Assembly: GCF_006345805.1 (NCBI RefSeq)
Contig: NC_042997.1
Span: 162,502,001 to 162,566,000, forward strand
Direction: 5' to 3'
Length of the DNA: 64,000 nucleotides
Source: Octopus sinensis
Taxonomy: Eukaryota
Shown piece by piece: positions 13,783-26,195 of the stretch. The translations under genes and the position numbers were made by a program. Below the pieces are notes generated by a model. It searched no databases. It worked only from the letters and a program-made list of their open reading frames with translations, and had not been told where the DNA came from. The number at the start of each line of letters is the position of its first letter. Position 1 is the first letter of the stretch.

Positions 13783-14689
13783 ATTGATGTGTACTTGTAG
13801 ATATGTACATACAAATATCCACACATATGCTCATGCATACTTATGTACATGCATTCAAATGATAGAAAATAAAATTAGATGTAAAGTTTTAATTTACATT
13901 ACTGTAAGTTCTAATCTAAGACGATTATATATTTCCAATTCAAACACAATACAGGATGTGGAATTCCGTATAAGTGAGAGGGAAAGTGTGATGGTTGGCC
14001 AAGATTTCAACATCACTCTCCACTGCCGCAATACTGGTCAAGATCAGCGTTACGTAAGCAGTTCAGTTTATTGCAAAATTGTCGACCACTTTGGTGAGAA
14101 GATTGGTATATGTCGTGAATTACATGTCAATAATTTCTTTGACGCCAAGAACAGTAAGTAGCTTTTTTCTAAACCTCTAGCTCTCTATCCAGCACGTGTT
14201 CTTCATCAAAATCCTTCTCGTTAACCTAATTCATAAAACTAAATTAATTCGTTCTCACTCGTTATTTGTCCACAGGTTTCCTCGTAATTCACCCAATACT
14301 TTTCATTTATTTAGCGTAACCATTCATTTAGTTATATCTCAGTTCACAAAATCAATATGTACATAAATTCAGAAACAAGGTATTGACTATAATTATACAT
14401 TTTTTTTCGTTCTTCTAATATCCAGGTAAAATGATAGTCATGAACGTTGCTCCAGAAGACTATATGCCGTTTTTGGGACGTGACAATAACTCTCGTTTGT
14501 CAATGAGAATTATGGTCTATTGCAAAGTTAAACAGACTGACCAAATGTTCGTTTTCAATGACAGTTATCAACTTGATTGGCCTTACTTGACCATTGAGGT
14601 TTGTTTTATTACCCTTTTGGCATGCTACGAGATATTTAAACGATCGTTCAAGTAACAGACGGGAATTTTATACACACACACAGACACAC

Positions 14690-14746
<57 letters not shown>

Positions 14747-14903
14747 CACTCTACGATGAACCACTTCTACCTAGCTTTGATAGGCAGCCTCAACACCAAC
14801 GGGCTTTCAGTTGCAATCCTTGCCGGAGTTTTAGTGGTAAATCAAATCGAGCACTTATAGTACCTTCCTTATTACATTACGACATTTGACGAAAATCCTT
14901 TAC

Positions 14904-14934
<31 letters not shown>

Positions 14935-16432
14935 AGCAAGGTTGTGTATGCGTGTGTGTGTATACATGTATGTATGAAGAATGATAATCTTTTCTACTCT
15001 AGGTACAAGGCCTGAAATTTCTGGGGAGGGGGCTAGTCGATTAGACCACCCCCAGTACGCAACTGGTACTTAATTTATCGACCCCGAAAGGATGAAAGGC
15101 AAAGTCGACCTCGGCGGAATTTGAACTCAGAATATAAAGACAGACGAAATACCGCTGAGCATTTCGCCCGGCATGCTAACGCTTCTGCCAGCTCGCCGCC
15201 TTATGAATAATCTTTTTTACTTTAAGCACAAGGCCCGACATTTTGCGAGAAGTGGCCAGTCGATTAGATCAACCCCAGTACACAACTTATGAGTAATGAT
15301 AATAAAGTCAAAACAAGTATTAATATTTTGCATGCATTTAAAACACACGTTTCAGGTAATTAAACAAAAGAGAATTTTTTTCTTTTTGCGGCATCATTCT
15401 TTCTAACTAATTTTGTTATGTTATTACAGGTTCCTCCGAAGATCAGAGTGAGAGATGAAGTCATGGCACGCATATCTTTTGTTAATCCTTTGGATATTCC
15501 ACTTACAAACTGTGAACTGATGTTGGAAGGAAATGGATTCGAACGCATTTATGAGATTCGTGTTAGGTAAGTTTCAGAATTTTGTCGAGAGTAAAAGTTT
15601 CTTTTTACAAATCTACCAGCTTCGGTCTGCAATTCTATCAGTTTACAACTATTTGTCAACGGGTTAATGTGAAAGCCTTTTACGTGGCTAATTGACCTGT
15701 TAGAAATAACAGTCAAATCTTCTTGTAATACCTTATTATCTTAAAAAGGAGAAATTTACATTAGATAAAGTAATCGTACACACTCCTGAAAAGAAGCGAT
15801 TATGGTTGCAATGCCTTTGATCTTAGCTGTGTTGAACGTATGCTAAATAAAACGACAACTAACATTGATTTCTAGCATAGACAGAAGCTCACACCCTTGA
15901 GGATGGTGCCATAGTCGATTATATCGAACATAGTACTTAACTGCTAACATATCGACCAGATACTGCAAAATAATTTTCATTCAAAAGAAACCTCATTTCG
16001 TAAATCATTTTTATTTTCCATTATATGCAACAGAATCAATACTAGACTAAGATAACCATCTATGAATGATACTTAATATAAAGACATCGTGAAAAGCAAA
16101 TTTATTGCGGTATTCACCCTGATGTATCTCTTATGAACATGCTGTGTTTAAAAATACAATATATATATCGGAGGTAGACGAAAATCGCCCTAGTAGAGAA
16201 TGCATCTAACATTCTCAGCTACCACTGCTAGGATGATTTTCGTCTGCCTCCGATAGATCTTGTTTTTTAAACGCAGCACGTTCATAAGAGATATTATTCC
16301 CAGATGAATACCGCACTAAATTTGCTTTTCTGATGTGTTTACATTGAGTATGATACATAGATGTCCACTTTTATTTCTTACGAAAACTGATCAATGAATA
16401 TTTATTAGATTAAAGATTTCTCCTTATATATA

Positions 16433-16467
<35 letters not shown>

Positions 16468-17102
16468 TTCAATGACATAATACATCTTTTTTTTATGCTT
16501 ATTTCAGGAATACTCCCTCCTTTTCTTTACGTATTTCAATATCTTACCCCTTTTTAAACAATTCAATTAAATTCATTCTAATTTATATATTTGGATTTTT
16601 TTCTCACTCTTTTACATATCTCAGTAACATTTTTACACATTCAATGAAATTCCTCCCTCCCTCTTTCTCTCTCTCTCTCACGCACACACACACACGCAAA
16701 CACACACACGAATACTCACGCACATAAACAAACACAAACACACAGAGAAACACACACACACATAAAAAACACACACACACGAACGAACACACATTTTAGT
16801 GAAGATTTCAATGGAATCTTTCTCTTGTTACATATTTCAGTTTAATTCCCGCTCCTCCTATTTTTCCTCAAGTATTTTGCTAGAATATTATTTATTTATC
16901 TTGTTTACATATTTATTTCAAATCTGTAATTGACGTTCCTCTTTTCTTTTCTATTAACAGTGATGTTCCGCCACATGGTAACTTTATGGAAGAGATTGTA
17001 TTCATCGGACGCAAGATTGGTGAAAAACAATTAGTTGCTACATTCTACTGCCAAGAACTATGCGATATCGTTGGTAGCTCCATGCTCCAAGTCTTCAAAT
17101 AA
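2382..17102 (+). CDS. TGM: Transglutaminase (protein-glutamine gamma-glutamyltransferase), 14 coding exons, 708 aa: 2382-2598, 2829-3077, 4615-4736, 5842-5952, 7501-7675, 8676-8817, 10362-10465, 11025-11190, 11300-11400, 12226-12314, 13955-14153, 14426-14598, 15430-15566, 16961-17102
   Basis: All introns are GT-AG with consistent phases; the spliced CDS is 2127 nt, ATG to TAA. Family motifs: [23 protein letters not shown] (Cys 7645-7647), WNFHVWND (His 10369-10371), [11 protein letters not shown] (Asp 10438-10440), GPAP, ELNAD, and C-terminal barrel motif [12 protein letters not shown]. The paralogue is not assignable by eye. Confidence 0.96.
2829..3077 (+). CDS. TGM: Transglutaminase coding exon 2
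   Basis: ataag|GT; EHPLPSK...CIVGVW...YILFNPWGQ; donor A|gtaagt. Confidence 0.93.
4615..4736 (+). CDS. TGM: Transglutaminase coding exon 3
   Basis: ttccag|; [23 protein letters not shown]...PWNYGQ; donor gtatgc. Confidence 0.95.
5842..5952 (+). CDS. TGM: Transglutaminase coding exon 4
   Basis: tttacag|; [10 protein letters not shown]...[13 protein letters not shown]; donor gtaagt. Confidence 0.93.
6192..6388. repeat. (TACA)n microsatellite
   Basis: Direct reading. Confidence 0.95.
7501..7675 (+). CDS. TGM: Transglutaminase coding exon 5 (catalytic Cys)
   Basis: tttgtag|; INSPENTGV...PTAWGGS...[15 protein letters not shown]; donor gtatt. Confidence 0.96.
8272..8579 (+). mobile_element. Full-length tRNA-derived SINE with a 14-bp TSD
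   Basis: A-box/B-box-like head (tagcccagtggttag...tttcgattccc); TSD atatgaagactttt at 8258-8271 and 8580-8593. Confidence 0.88.
8676..8817 (+). CDS. TGM: Transglutaminase coding exon 6
   Basis: ttccag|; [22 protein letters not shown]...; donor gttagt. Confidence 0.96.
10362..10465 (+). CDS. TGM: Transglutaminase coding exon 7 (catalytic His and Asp)
   Basis: tttag|; [16 protein letters not shown]...[14 protein letters not shown]; donor gtaaaa. Confidence 0.96.
11025..11190 (+). CDS. TGM: Transglutaminase coding exon 8
   Basis: gttag|; [18 protein letters not shown]...[13 protein letters not shown]; donor gtaagt. Confidence 0.95.
11300..11400 (+). CDS. TGM: Transglutaminase coding exon 9
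   Basis: taatag|; LGKFIYTK...MDITFDYK; donor gtatgt. Confidence 0.9.
12226..12314 (+). CDS. TGM: Transglutaminase coding exon 10
   Basis: ctaag|; GSEYDRIDV...HYQE (compare family GS.EER); donor gtagga; phases fit both neighbours. Confidence 0.85.
12997..13210 (-). mobile_element. SINE family A copy
   Basis: Reverse complement of the family consensus. Confidence 0.85.
13541..13720 (+). mobile_element. SINE family A copy
   Basis: aggcggcgagctggcagaatcgttagc... Confidence 0.85.
13955..14153 (+). CDS. TGM: Transglutaminase coding exon 11 (beta-barrel 1)
   Basis: tacag|; DVEFRI...[15 protein letters not shown]; donor gtaagt. Confidence 0.93.
14426..14598 (+). CDS. TGM: Transglutaminase coding exon 12 (beta-barrel 1)
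   Basis: tccag|; [16 protein letters not shown]...VKQTDQMFV...PYLTIE; donor gtttgt. Confidence 0.93.
14990..15202 (-). mobile_element. SINE family A copy, CpG-rich
   Basis: ...ctgccagctcgccgcctt; close to consensus. Confidence 0.88.
15430..15566 (+). CDS. TGM: Transglutaminase coding exon 13 (beta-barrel 2)
   Basis: tacag|; ...[20 protein letters not shown]; donor gtaagt. Confidence 0.93.
16057..16363. repeat. Imperfect foldback of about 307 bp in transglutaminase intron 13
   Basis: For example, atcggaggtagacgaaaatc / gattttcgtctgcctccgat and cttatgaacatgctg / cagcacgttcataag. Confidence 0.8.
16961..17102 (+). CDS. TGM: Transglutaminase terminal coding exon 14
   Basis: pyrimidine tract ending taacag|; DVPPHG...[20 protein letters not shown]...FK*. 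Confidence 0.92.
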
Positions 17103-17513
17103 CTGAAGAACTGAAGAAGCTACACAACAATCGACGAAAGAAATACAAGGAATGAGAAAGATGACACTTCTTTTACTCTGATTCTATTCGAATTTCAGTC
17201 GACACATATATAGAAACTATTATATTATTATTGATAGAATTTGTTATTTATTATGTTTTATTGTTGAAAATTTCATTATTATTGTCCAATGAGATAGTTT
17301 AACTCCAGCTCTCTGTATTCTTCTATTTATTTTACCGATTTCTGTCTTGCTAGGGGTAACATTTTCAAGGGTTTTAGTCGATTATATTGACATCTGTTAA
17401 CTATATTTAGTCGGGTATTTATCTTATAGATCTCTTTTCTTCAGATAGCGTAATTACCTTTAGACCTAAAGGGAAACACCTTGACGCACAGTTTCACACA
17501 GGTACATACGAAT

Positions 17514-17544
<31 letters not shown>

Positions 17545-18032
17545 TATGCACACACATTCATACATTTTTATATATATATATAAATATATATATATGCGAT
17601 GTATGTATGACATTGACAAATAAAAAAAGTCCATCTCAAAATGCATTGCTTTCTTATACATACTTTTAGAATGCTTCCAACATATTTGCCATAAAAATGT
17701 AGCATTCACACACAGACACAGACACACACACACACACACACCACACACACACACACACACATGCACACATATAAATGTGTGTGTATATATATATATTTAA
17801 TGTCAAAAGATATATGAAAGACTCTGGCTGTTACTGTCAGTTTCAAAACCATATTACAACAGTTGCTTTAAAACAGACATTAATTTTTATACCCTGAATC
17901 CTACTTATATTTCTTTAAAAACTTTTTATCAGTATATTTCGCAGATATGACTGCTATCTTATGTTTTAATTCCCAGCTTGTGAATATATATACATATATA
18001 TTCTTTACATTTTGTATGTATTTACATACCTT

Positions 18033-18090
<58 letters not shown>

Positions 18091-18175
18091 CATATATATA
18101 CATATATTCCTATTTACTTATATGAATATGTATGTGTGTGTATATATATATATATATAAATATATATATATATAC

Positions 18176-18243
<68 letters not shown>

Positions 18244-19182
18244 ATATATATATATATGCTTATCTATCCTAAGTCCAGCAACAGAGGCTTCTACATACGA
18301 GTTCGATCTGCTAGAAACATCAGTTAAAATTTCCCTCAAATCACGTCCTAACATCTTTAAAACGAGAAAACACATTGGATAATGTAGTCCAGAATGAACA
18401 CTGCCTGAGTTGGTCATGGCTGAGATGCCTTTGATCAACGGTCCGTTCGGTCAATTGATCAAAACAGTTCAGCATAACAGCAACACCATCAACAATCTGT
18501 CTGTCTATGTTGCTAACTAGATAGCTGTGCAATAAAACTTCCATTTGAGAGTCTAACATGCTTTTCACATTACATAAATATTGAATATATATTACGATAA
18601 TTTTCACATTAGATAGAGATTTCACTTATTTGTAAAGAATGAATTTGAAATTAGAACTAATGTTAGGTAAGAAATTTATCAAAATCCAAAATTGCTAGCA
18701 TACAATAGATAATTTGTTATTTGTAAGGTATTAAAAGAACTGTTTGAAGATAATTTAACGAGATAGTCTGAGATAGTCTTGCTGACCTTTACTATTTATA
18801 TATGTTTAATTACTTGCGAAATTTCATATTTTTGGTTTCAATTTTAACAGAATCGGTAGAGTATCGGAAAGATTGCCTTGTGGTGTTTAGCTATGTCTCT
18901 TTGCGTTCTGTGATCAAATCCTACTGGGTTAACATTGCTTTTCATCTTTCTGTGCTCGATAAAATAATTACCATTTAAGCACAGTATCGATATAATCTGC
19001 TAAATATTGTGGCTTTATGCCAACTCTAGAAATTAATACTAGCCTAATTTTAAATATATTCCTTATAAAGCTTCTATAGAATCACCATCAAAGACCAGTT
19101 TTAAGAATTAGCTTACCATTTTTCAGCTTCCATTCATAAGAAAACTAATGAATTCACCATGCCTAAGTGAGAGATATTAAAA

Positions 19183-19246
<64 letters not shown>

Positions 19247-19525
19247 GCATACATACATACATACATACATACATACATACATACATACATACATACATAC
19301 ATACATACATACATACATACATAGTCTACAGGTGAACTCCAGAGATTCTCAGTATAGAAGACACATAGTAGTGCTCAAATGATTCAAACTTAGATTCCGA
19401 TGTCTTTACAGGAAATCAATTCCGTGGGGTAAAGAATGGCTATAAGAGGGATCAAGTTGAGCAGACACCCAAGCTGTTATATTTAATCTATCTAACTTGT
19501 TTAACAGCATAATTCTCTCTCTCTC

Positions 19526-19568
<43 letters not shown>

Positions 19569-22419
19569 ACTCCGTGGTTTGGTAGAGTAGATAATGTGAC
19601 GACATTGAATAAAATGCCACCGAGATCCACTTTGCTTATTATCCTTCTGTGGTTTACCACCTGTCTGGTCCTTCGGTGCTTTAGTAGATCAGATCTTCTG
19701 TTTAAGAAGTTCTCCCACAGGTCAAGGAGGCACATGTAAAAGTTAATAGATGCCGTTCTTCTGATTAGAACTTTTAAAAAAATGTACTAGTAATATACTG
19801 TATGTCCGAGGTCAATTCTCGACAAGGTGCACTTTACCTTCCATCCCTTGAGAGTGAGGGTCAATAAAATAAACTCCAGTAATATACAGGATCGATTTAA
19901 TTGATTTTACGCTCTCTCAAAATTTATAGCCGTTTACTAATTTTAGAAATCAATAGTGAATCTATATATAATTAACTACTGATTTTTTTTCTAAATAAAT
20001 AGAAACATAATAGAAATGATATTAAACATTATAGGTACCTATATAAGACAGAGAACAGGATCAGTGACAAGAGACTACATTACATAGATTAATATACGTT
20101 TAGACATTGTAAACGTCAGTTAGAATATAAACAGGATCAGTGATGAGTGGCAACAAAATATATTAGCGAATATGTTATTTAGATATTATAGACAGCAATT
20201 AGTGATAGAAAATAGAAATACGATTAGTGATATAGTACTACATTACACAGATTAGTTATTAGATATTTAGACATTATAAACATCAATTAGAAGATTAAAC
20301 AGGATCATTGATAGATGAGCACATTACAGATTAGTAAATGTTATTTTGATACTATAAACAGCAATTTAGAAACACAGAAGAGAAAAAAGGCTGCCAGTGG
20401 GTCCGAGTCTCTTTTTTGTCTCTCAAGTTGATGCTTTATGATCGGAGCCGTCTTAGACTGCATTATAGGCCCCCAGGAAAAACAATGAAGTGCAGTCCCT
20501 GCTTAAATAACCATAGCATACATAGATTAGTATTGAGGTCCTTGGACCTATGGAGGCTCCGGACAAATTACCAGGGTATCCATGCTTTAAGACGGCACGA
20601 CATATAACATCTAACAACACTCGTTAAATTTTTAGCATAATAACGACAATCCAAATACATTCAAATTTCTCACATTTAAAATTGTCACGCGGTATATAAT
20701 ATAATATTACTGTCTAACTCTGGTACTGAATCAGGAATTTTAGAGTAAGGGTGCAGTATTTAATAAGTGCTTTAACATTTAATAAGTACTTTTTTAATCG
20801 ACTCTGGATAGATGAAAAGCAATGGTTTGGGCGCAGAGCATAAAGCGATGTAACTAAATGCTAGAAAACGTATTCCATCTGGCAAGATGAAAAGTTAACT
20901 CAATATCGGTGAGATTTGAACTCAGTCAAACTAGTATATAACTCGTACTTATTTTATTGATCCTGGAGGAGGAAAGTCAGGATCTAGCTCGAAGGGATTT
21001 GAACTCAGAACGTAATGATTCGTAACTAAATACAACAAGGCTTCTACCCATTCTCTATCAATTCTATAAATTCCCTGATTTGATAACAAATATTGATTTC
21101 TAACATAGGGACAAAAACGTTTTTCTTTTAATTTCTTTTTAACAGTGAAAATCTAGAAATAAGCTTCATATTGAGAACTTTAATATTTCAATTTTTATTT
21201 TTTCAATTTAATAAATATTCAACTTACATTAACTCTATTTTGATATTTGAATTAGCCAATTCCACTGAGGTCTTCTCAGCCTCTCAGCCTCTCACTCTTT
21301 TGGGGTTGATAAAAATAAAGTACCAGTTGAACACTGGGCTGATCTAATAGATTCTAACACTTCCCTATTACATCTGTTTTAGAAATCAATATTTGAAATA
21401 ATCCAGAAATATATTTTCATTAAGTCATATATATTGGTCATGTAAGTAACATCAAGCTTTGTTAGAAACTTTTTTGTGAGAAATAAACACAGACAAATTA
21501 ACTAATAAAGAAAAATAAATGAACTTATATTTTTTTAAGTTTCTTCTTTATTATTGATTTCCTTTGACGCCAATAAAGTTGCCAGAAATGGTGAACTGCC
21601 AAACTAAATGCGGTGCAGTATGTAGTTACGTCACTTTCCGTTCTGAGTTCAATTCTGGTAGATGTCGATTTTGTCTTTAATCTTTGCAGGTTCAAAAGAA
21701 TTAGTCCCAGTAATGATGTTGATACATCAACCAAATCTCTCCTGTTTATTGTGTCCTTTTAATGAGGCACAAGCTCAAAATTTCGATCAGATTCAATTAA
21801 AACTCCCCCACAATATAACTAACATTGTTTTCTGAGCGAAGAAATGCAAAACCTACCTCTGCAGGATTTGATCTCATAGCCACAGAGTAACGACAGCAGT
21901 ACAGTACCGTATTTTATTTCCTAAACCATTTTTATCTCCACTATTCTTTAATCTCTTCTTTATTATTGCCAACTTTTGAGGAAGCATCAAGTTTTAAAGT
22001 GAGCAGGGTGAAACCAAGTGGGGATCTTTTAGTGCTCATAACCCCAAGGGCTATTCGAAGAAGTGAGCCCTCACCCATTTATGCTTTGCTATGTGTTCCC
22101 ATAAGCTTCACTCCCCACTTAGCTACGCCCATAGCAATTACCTTAAGGCAGCACTTATAAAGAGTACAAAGATTCCAAAGTATTATTGGTAAATATTTTA
22201 TAATTTCCTGCAAGATGAAGTATAAAACATATTCAGCGGGCAGTATATTTTGCGAGAGCTAGATACTGTCTTTTATGCTCTGAGTTCCAATCACACTGAG
22301 GCCAGCAATACCTGCCATCCTTCTAGGGGCCGATAAAATAAAGTAACAGTCAAGTATTGCAATCGTCTTAATCGACCGTTCCCTTCCCCAAAATTGTGAG
22401 TCAATGCTAGAAACCAATA

Positions 22420-22633
22420 TTGGTTTCAAATTTTGGCACAAGACCAGCAATTTTGGAGGAGAAGCTAAGCCAATAACGTCGATCCCCCCGCCAGTGCTCA
22501 ATTGGTACTAATTTTATCGACCCCAAAAGGCAAAATCGACCTCGGCGAAATTTGATCTCACAAAGTAAAGACGGATGCAATACCGCTATGCATTTTGCGC
22601 GGCGTGCTAACGATTCTGCCAGCTCGCTGCCTT
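22420..22633 (-). mobile_element. SINE family A copy within a +/-/+ cluster (about 22245-22720)
   Basis: Reverse-complement match to the family. Confidence 0.8.
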
Positions 22634-24329
22634 ATGCTAGTAACCCAGTTGAACACTGACGTCGATGTAACCGACTTATCTCATGCCCCGAAATTGTGCC
22701 AAAATTTGAAACCAATATTGAGATGGTGAAGTACATTCCTTTACGGTCTGATTCCGACGTGGATAACATTATCATTCACCTTTTTATAGTTGTTATTGCT
22801 GTTGCTTAACCGAGGTCGCGCTTGACTGAGCAGCTCTATAACCAAAAACCGAACAAGCCATAACTATCCAACTTGTACGTCTATGATTATATGACTTAAA
22901 TGCCAACCAAGTCGGTTGGGGGTGATATATAAAAGAGGCTACTAGTTTTAACAGGTCAAACGATCACGCAGAGACTCCTTCGTTGTATCTATATCCTTGT
23001 AGATCAGTATTTCTCGATTATTTTCAACCTATGGACCCCTTTGATTCCTATTTTACTTGGATGAACCCTTCAAGCCATTCGATGTTTTAAAAAAAGATCC
23101 TATTATATTTTTATAATTCAATATTGTAAGGAATTGTATAAAAATAAACTGTTACAATATTTTGTACATTGTAGAAGTATAAATAATTTATTGCAGATAA
23201 ATCTTAACATCAAAATCTTATATGAACCCACAGGGTTTATAAAATTAGTACCAGTCATATACTGGTATCTATTCATTCGCCTATACCTCCTCTTTACAAA
23301 TGTGGTATTATTTTAATGTCAAAATTCATTAAGACAAAGGAGATGAAGTAGAGAATGGATGCTTTTATTTTGGTATATGCAATTTCATATCAAGAACGTT
23401 GCTGGCTACAGGTTTTCAAGGAGCCGATATTTAGTTCGCTGATATTTACGACGACGGACGTGACAAGTGAATTCTGAGCAACTTGAACGGAATAAGGACA
23501 AGAAAAATGTTTGCCTCTTTCACCGACAAAAAAACACCGAAAAATTATGTGCGTGTCCGTGTTCACATAACGGAACAAAAGAATAAACAGGTTGTCATCA
23601 AGTATCAAATCAGTTTATAACATATTTGTACTTATACGCGCCTGTGAAGGCGCGTGGCTTAGTGGTTAGAGCATTCGATTCACTATTGTAAGGTCGTGAG
23701 TTATTTTATTTCACGTTGCTCCAGTCCACTCAGCTGGCAAAAATGCGTTGTACCTGTATTTCAAAGGGCTGGCCTTGTCACACTCTGTGTCATGCTGAAT
23801 CACCCTGAGAACTACGTTAGGGGTACGCGTGTCTGTGAATTGCTCAGTCACTTGCACGTTAATTTCACGAGCAGGCTGTTCCGTTGATCGTATCAGCTGG
23901 GACCATCGTCCTCATAACCGACGGAGTGCTCCTACTTATATAACACATTGGAGAGAAATGCAAATATACATAGAGGAATATGTATAACAGAAAGGTAGGA
24001 AGAGTCTGGAATGTAGAAACTTCGTAATAATTATTATGCGGTAGGTACACACCAGAATAAGGTAGGAAAGAAATCTTGAGTGTCAATGAGACACAGTTTA
24101 GTAAGTAAGCCAATAGTGTCACAGGAAAAGAGCTTGGAAAATATAGAAAAGTGGTGTGCAGTCAGTCTTTACAGTCAGTCCTTCTAGATCGGTTGCATAA
24201 TTGGTGCAGATAACTACCCACGTATTGACTGCACCACAAAAATTTACTGACAGCCCATTCCATCTTCAGAAATACCCACGATTTTATATATAGGTTCTAA
24301 TTGCTAATAAGCCATCCTTTTTAATTTGG

Positions 24330-24368
<39 letters not shown>

Positions 24369-24443
24369 ACAATATAATAAATAAAATATATGCATATATA
24401 CATACATATATGTACATACTTACATCTACATGTATATATACAA

Positions 24444-24510
<67 letters not shown>

Positions 24511-24658
24511 TACAGGACACCACAAATAAACGTAGAACACAACGAGAAACGAAAAGATAAAATCAAACAAGGAAACGGACTTTTTTTTAACAACGAAAAA
24601 ACAGAGTACAGGACAAACAATACAAGTAAGTTTTTATTTATATATATATATATATAAT

Positions 24659-24777
<119 letters not shown>

Positions 24778-24830
24778 CATATATATACATATATATACAT
24801 ATACATACATACATACATAAATATAGATAT

Positions 24831-24885
<55 letters not shown>

Positions 24886-24931
24886 TGTATGTATGCATGT
24901 ATGTATACATATATATGTATACATACATACA

Positions 24932-24960
<29 letters not shown>

Positions 24961-24962
<2 letters not shown>

Positions 24963-26195
24963 GTGAGGGTCGGCTGAAAAGTTCATAGGCTGATTGAGAT
25001 ACTCTCATGGAATATGACCAAATGTGCTTTAGTTTTCAACATAGTCCTCCTTGCGCTCCACACGCTTCGTCCATCGGAGTTGCAGTGCTTGGATCCCATT
25101 GGTAAAGAAACTTCAGCTCGTTAGTCTAACAAGTCAGATATGACGTTATCATCGCTGCGATACTGCTTCCCAGCCAAGTGTTTTTTTCATGCTGGGTAAC
25201 AGATGATAGTCAGATGGGGTTAAATCAGGAGAATAGGGAGGGTGATCAATCAGTTCAAAGCCACACACACGCACAGCAGCCTGGAGCATTGTCCTGATGA
25301 AACGAACCCTTTTTGTCAGTTTTCCTTGGCATTTGGTCTTGATAGCCTTTCGTAGCTACCTCAGTAAGTTGGCATGCTATTCTCCATTAATGGTGTGGCC
25401 CTTTTCAAGATAGTTAATAAACACATTGTCTTTTGTATCCCAAAACACTGAGGCCATTACATTCCCTGAAGATGAAACGACCTTAGCTTTCTTTGGAGCA
25501 GGTGAGGAGGAGTGTTTCCACTGCAGGGATTGTCTTTTTGTCTCTGGCTCAAAGTAGTGAAGCCAACATTCATCTTGGCTTGGGAAACGTTCAATGAAAC
25601 CAGCTGGATCTATTTCAAACAATGTCAGATCTTCCCGGGATGTGATCAGCCTGGTTCACTTTTGATTTGGTGTTAGAAGTTATGACACCCACTAAGCAGA
25701 AACCTTCGTCAAGCCAATTTCATTGTGCATAATATTATCAACGCTCTCGTGAGCTATGCTATTAACATTGGCTGTTTGATTTATAGTCAGTCGCTTGTCA
25801 TCTATCACCATATGGTGAACACGATCAATGTTCTCCTTGGTGGTGACAGTTGCAGGATGTCAAAACTTTGGGTCTTCTTCAAGATTTTCCCTTTCCCTCC
25901 TAAATTCAGTTGCCCTCTTTTGCACTGTTGACAAAACTGGAGCATCCCCTAATGTAGCAAGCATGTCAGCATGAATGTCCTTTTCCTGCAGGGGTTTGAT
26001 AACATCACGATGCGAAATTTAGTCCATTTTCAAGAAAAGTTGCTAATAGTTACTTTTGAAGTCTTCTTTGAACAGTCAAATGTCAGTTTACCTGGAAAGA
26101 AACAATGCGATTATTGACAAGAAGTGTTGAAATTAATGTACGCAAGATTTCACAGCTGTAGCATCATACTTTCATAGTCAGCCTTATGAACTTTT
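24961..26195 (-). mobile_element. Decayed mariner (D34D-type) DNA transposon
   Basis: Transposase pieces DECWLHYFEPETKRQS...KVMASVFWD-like, HQDNAP, HPPYSPDLTPSDY; imperfect TIRs aaaagttcata(a)ggctga at both ends. Confidence 0.88.
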
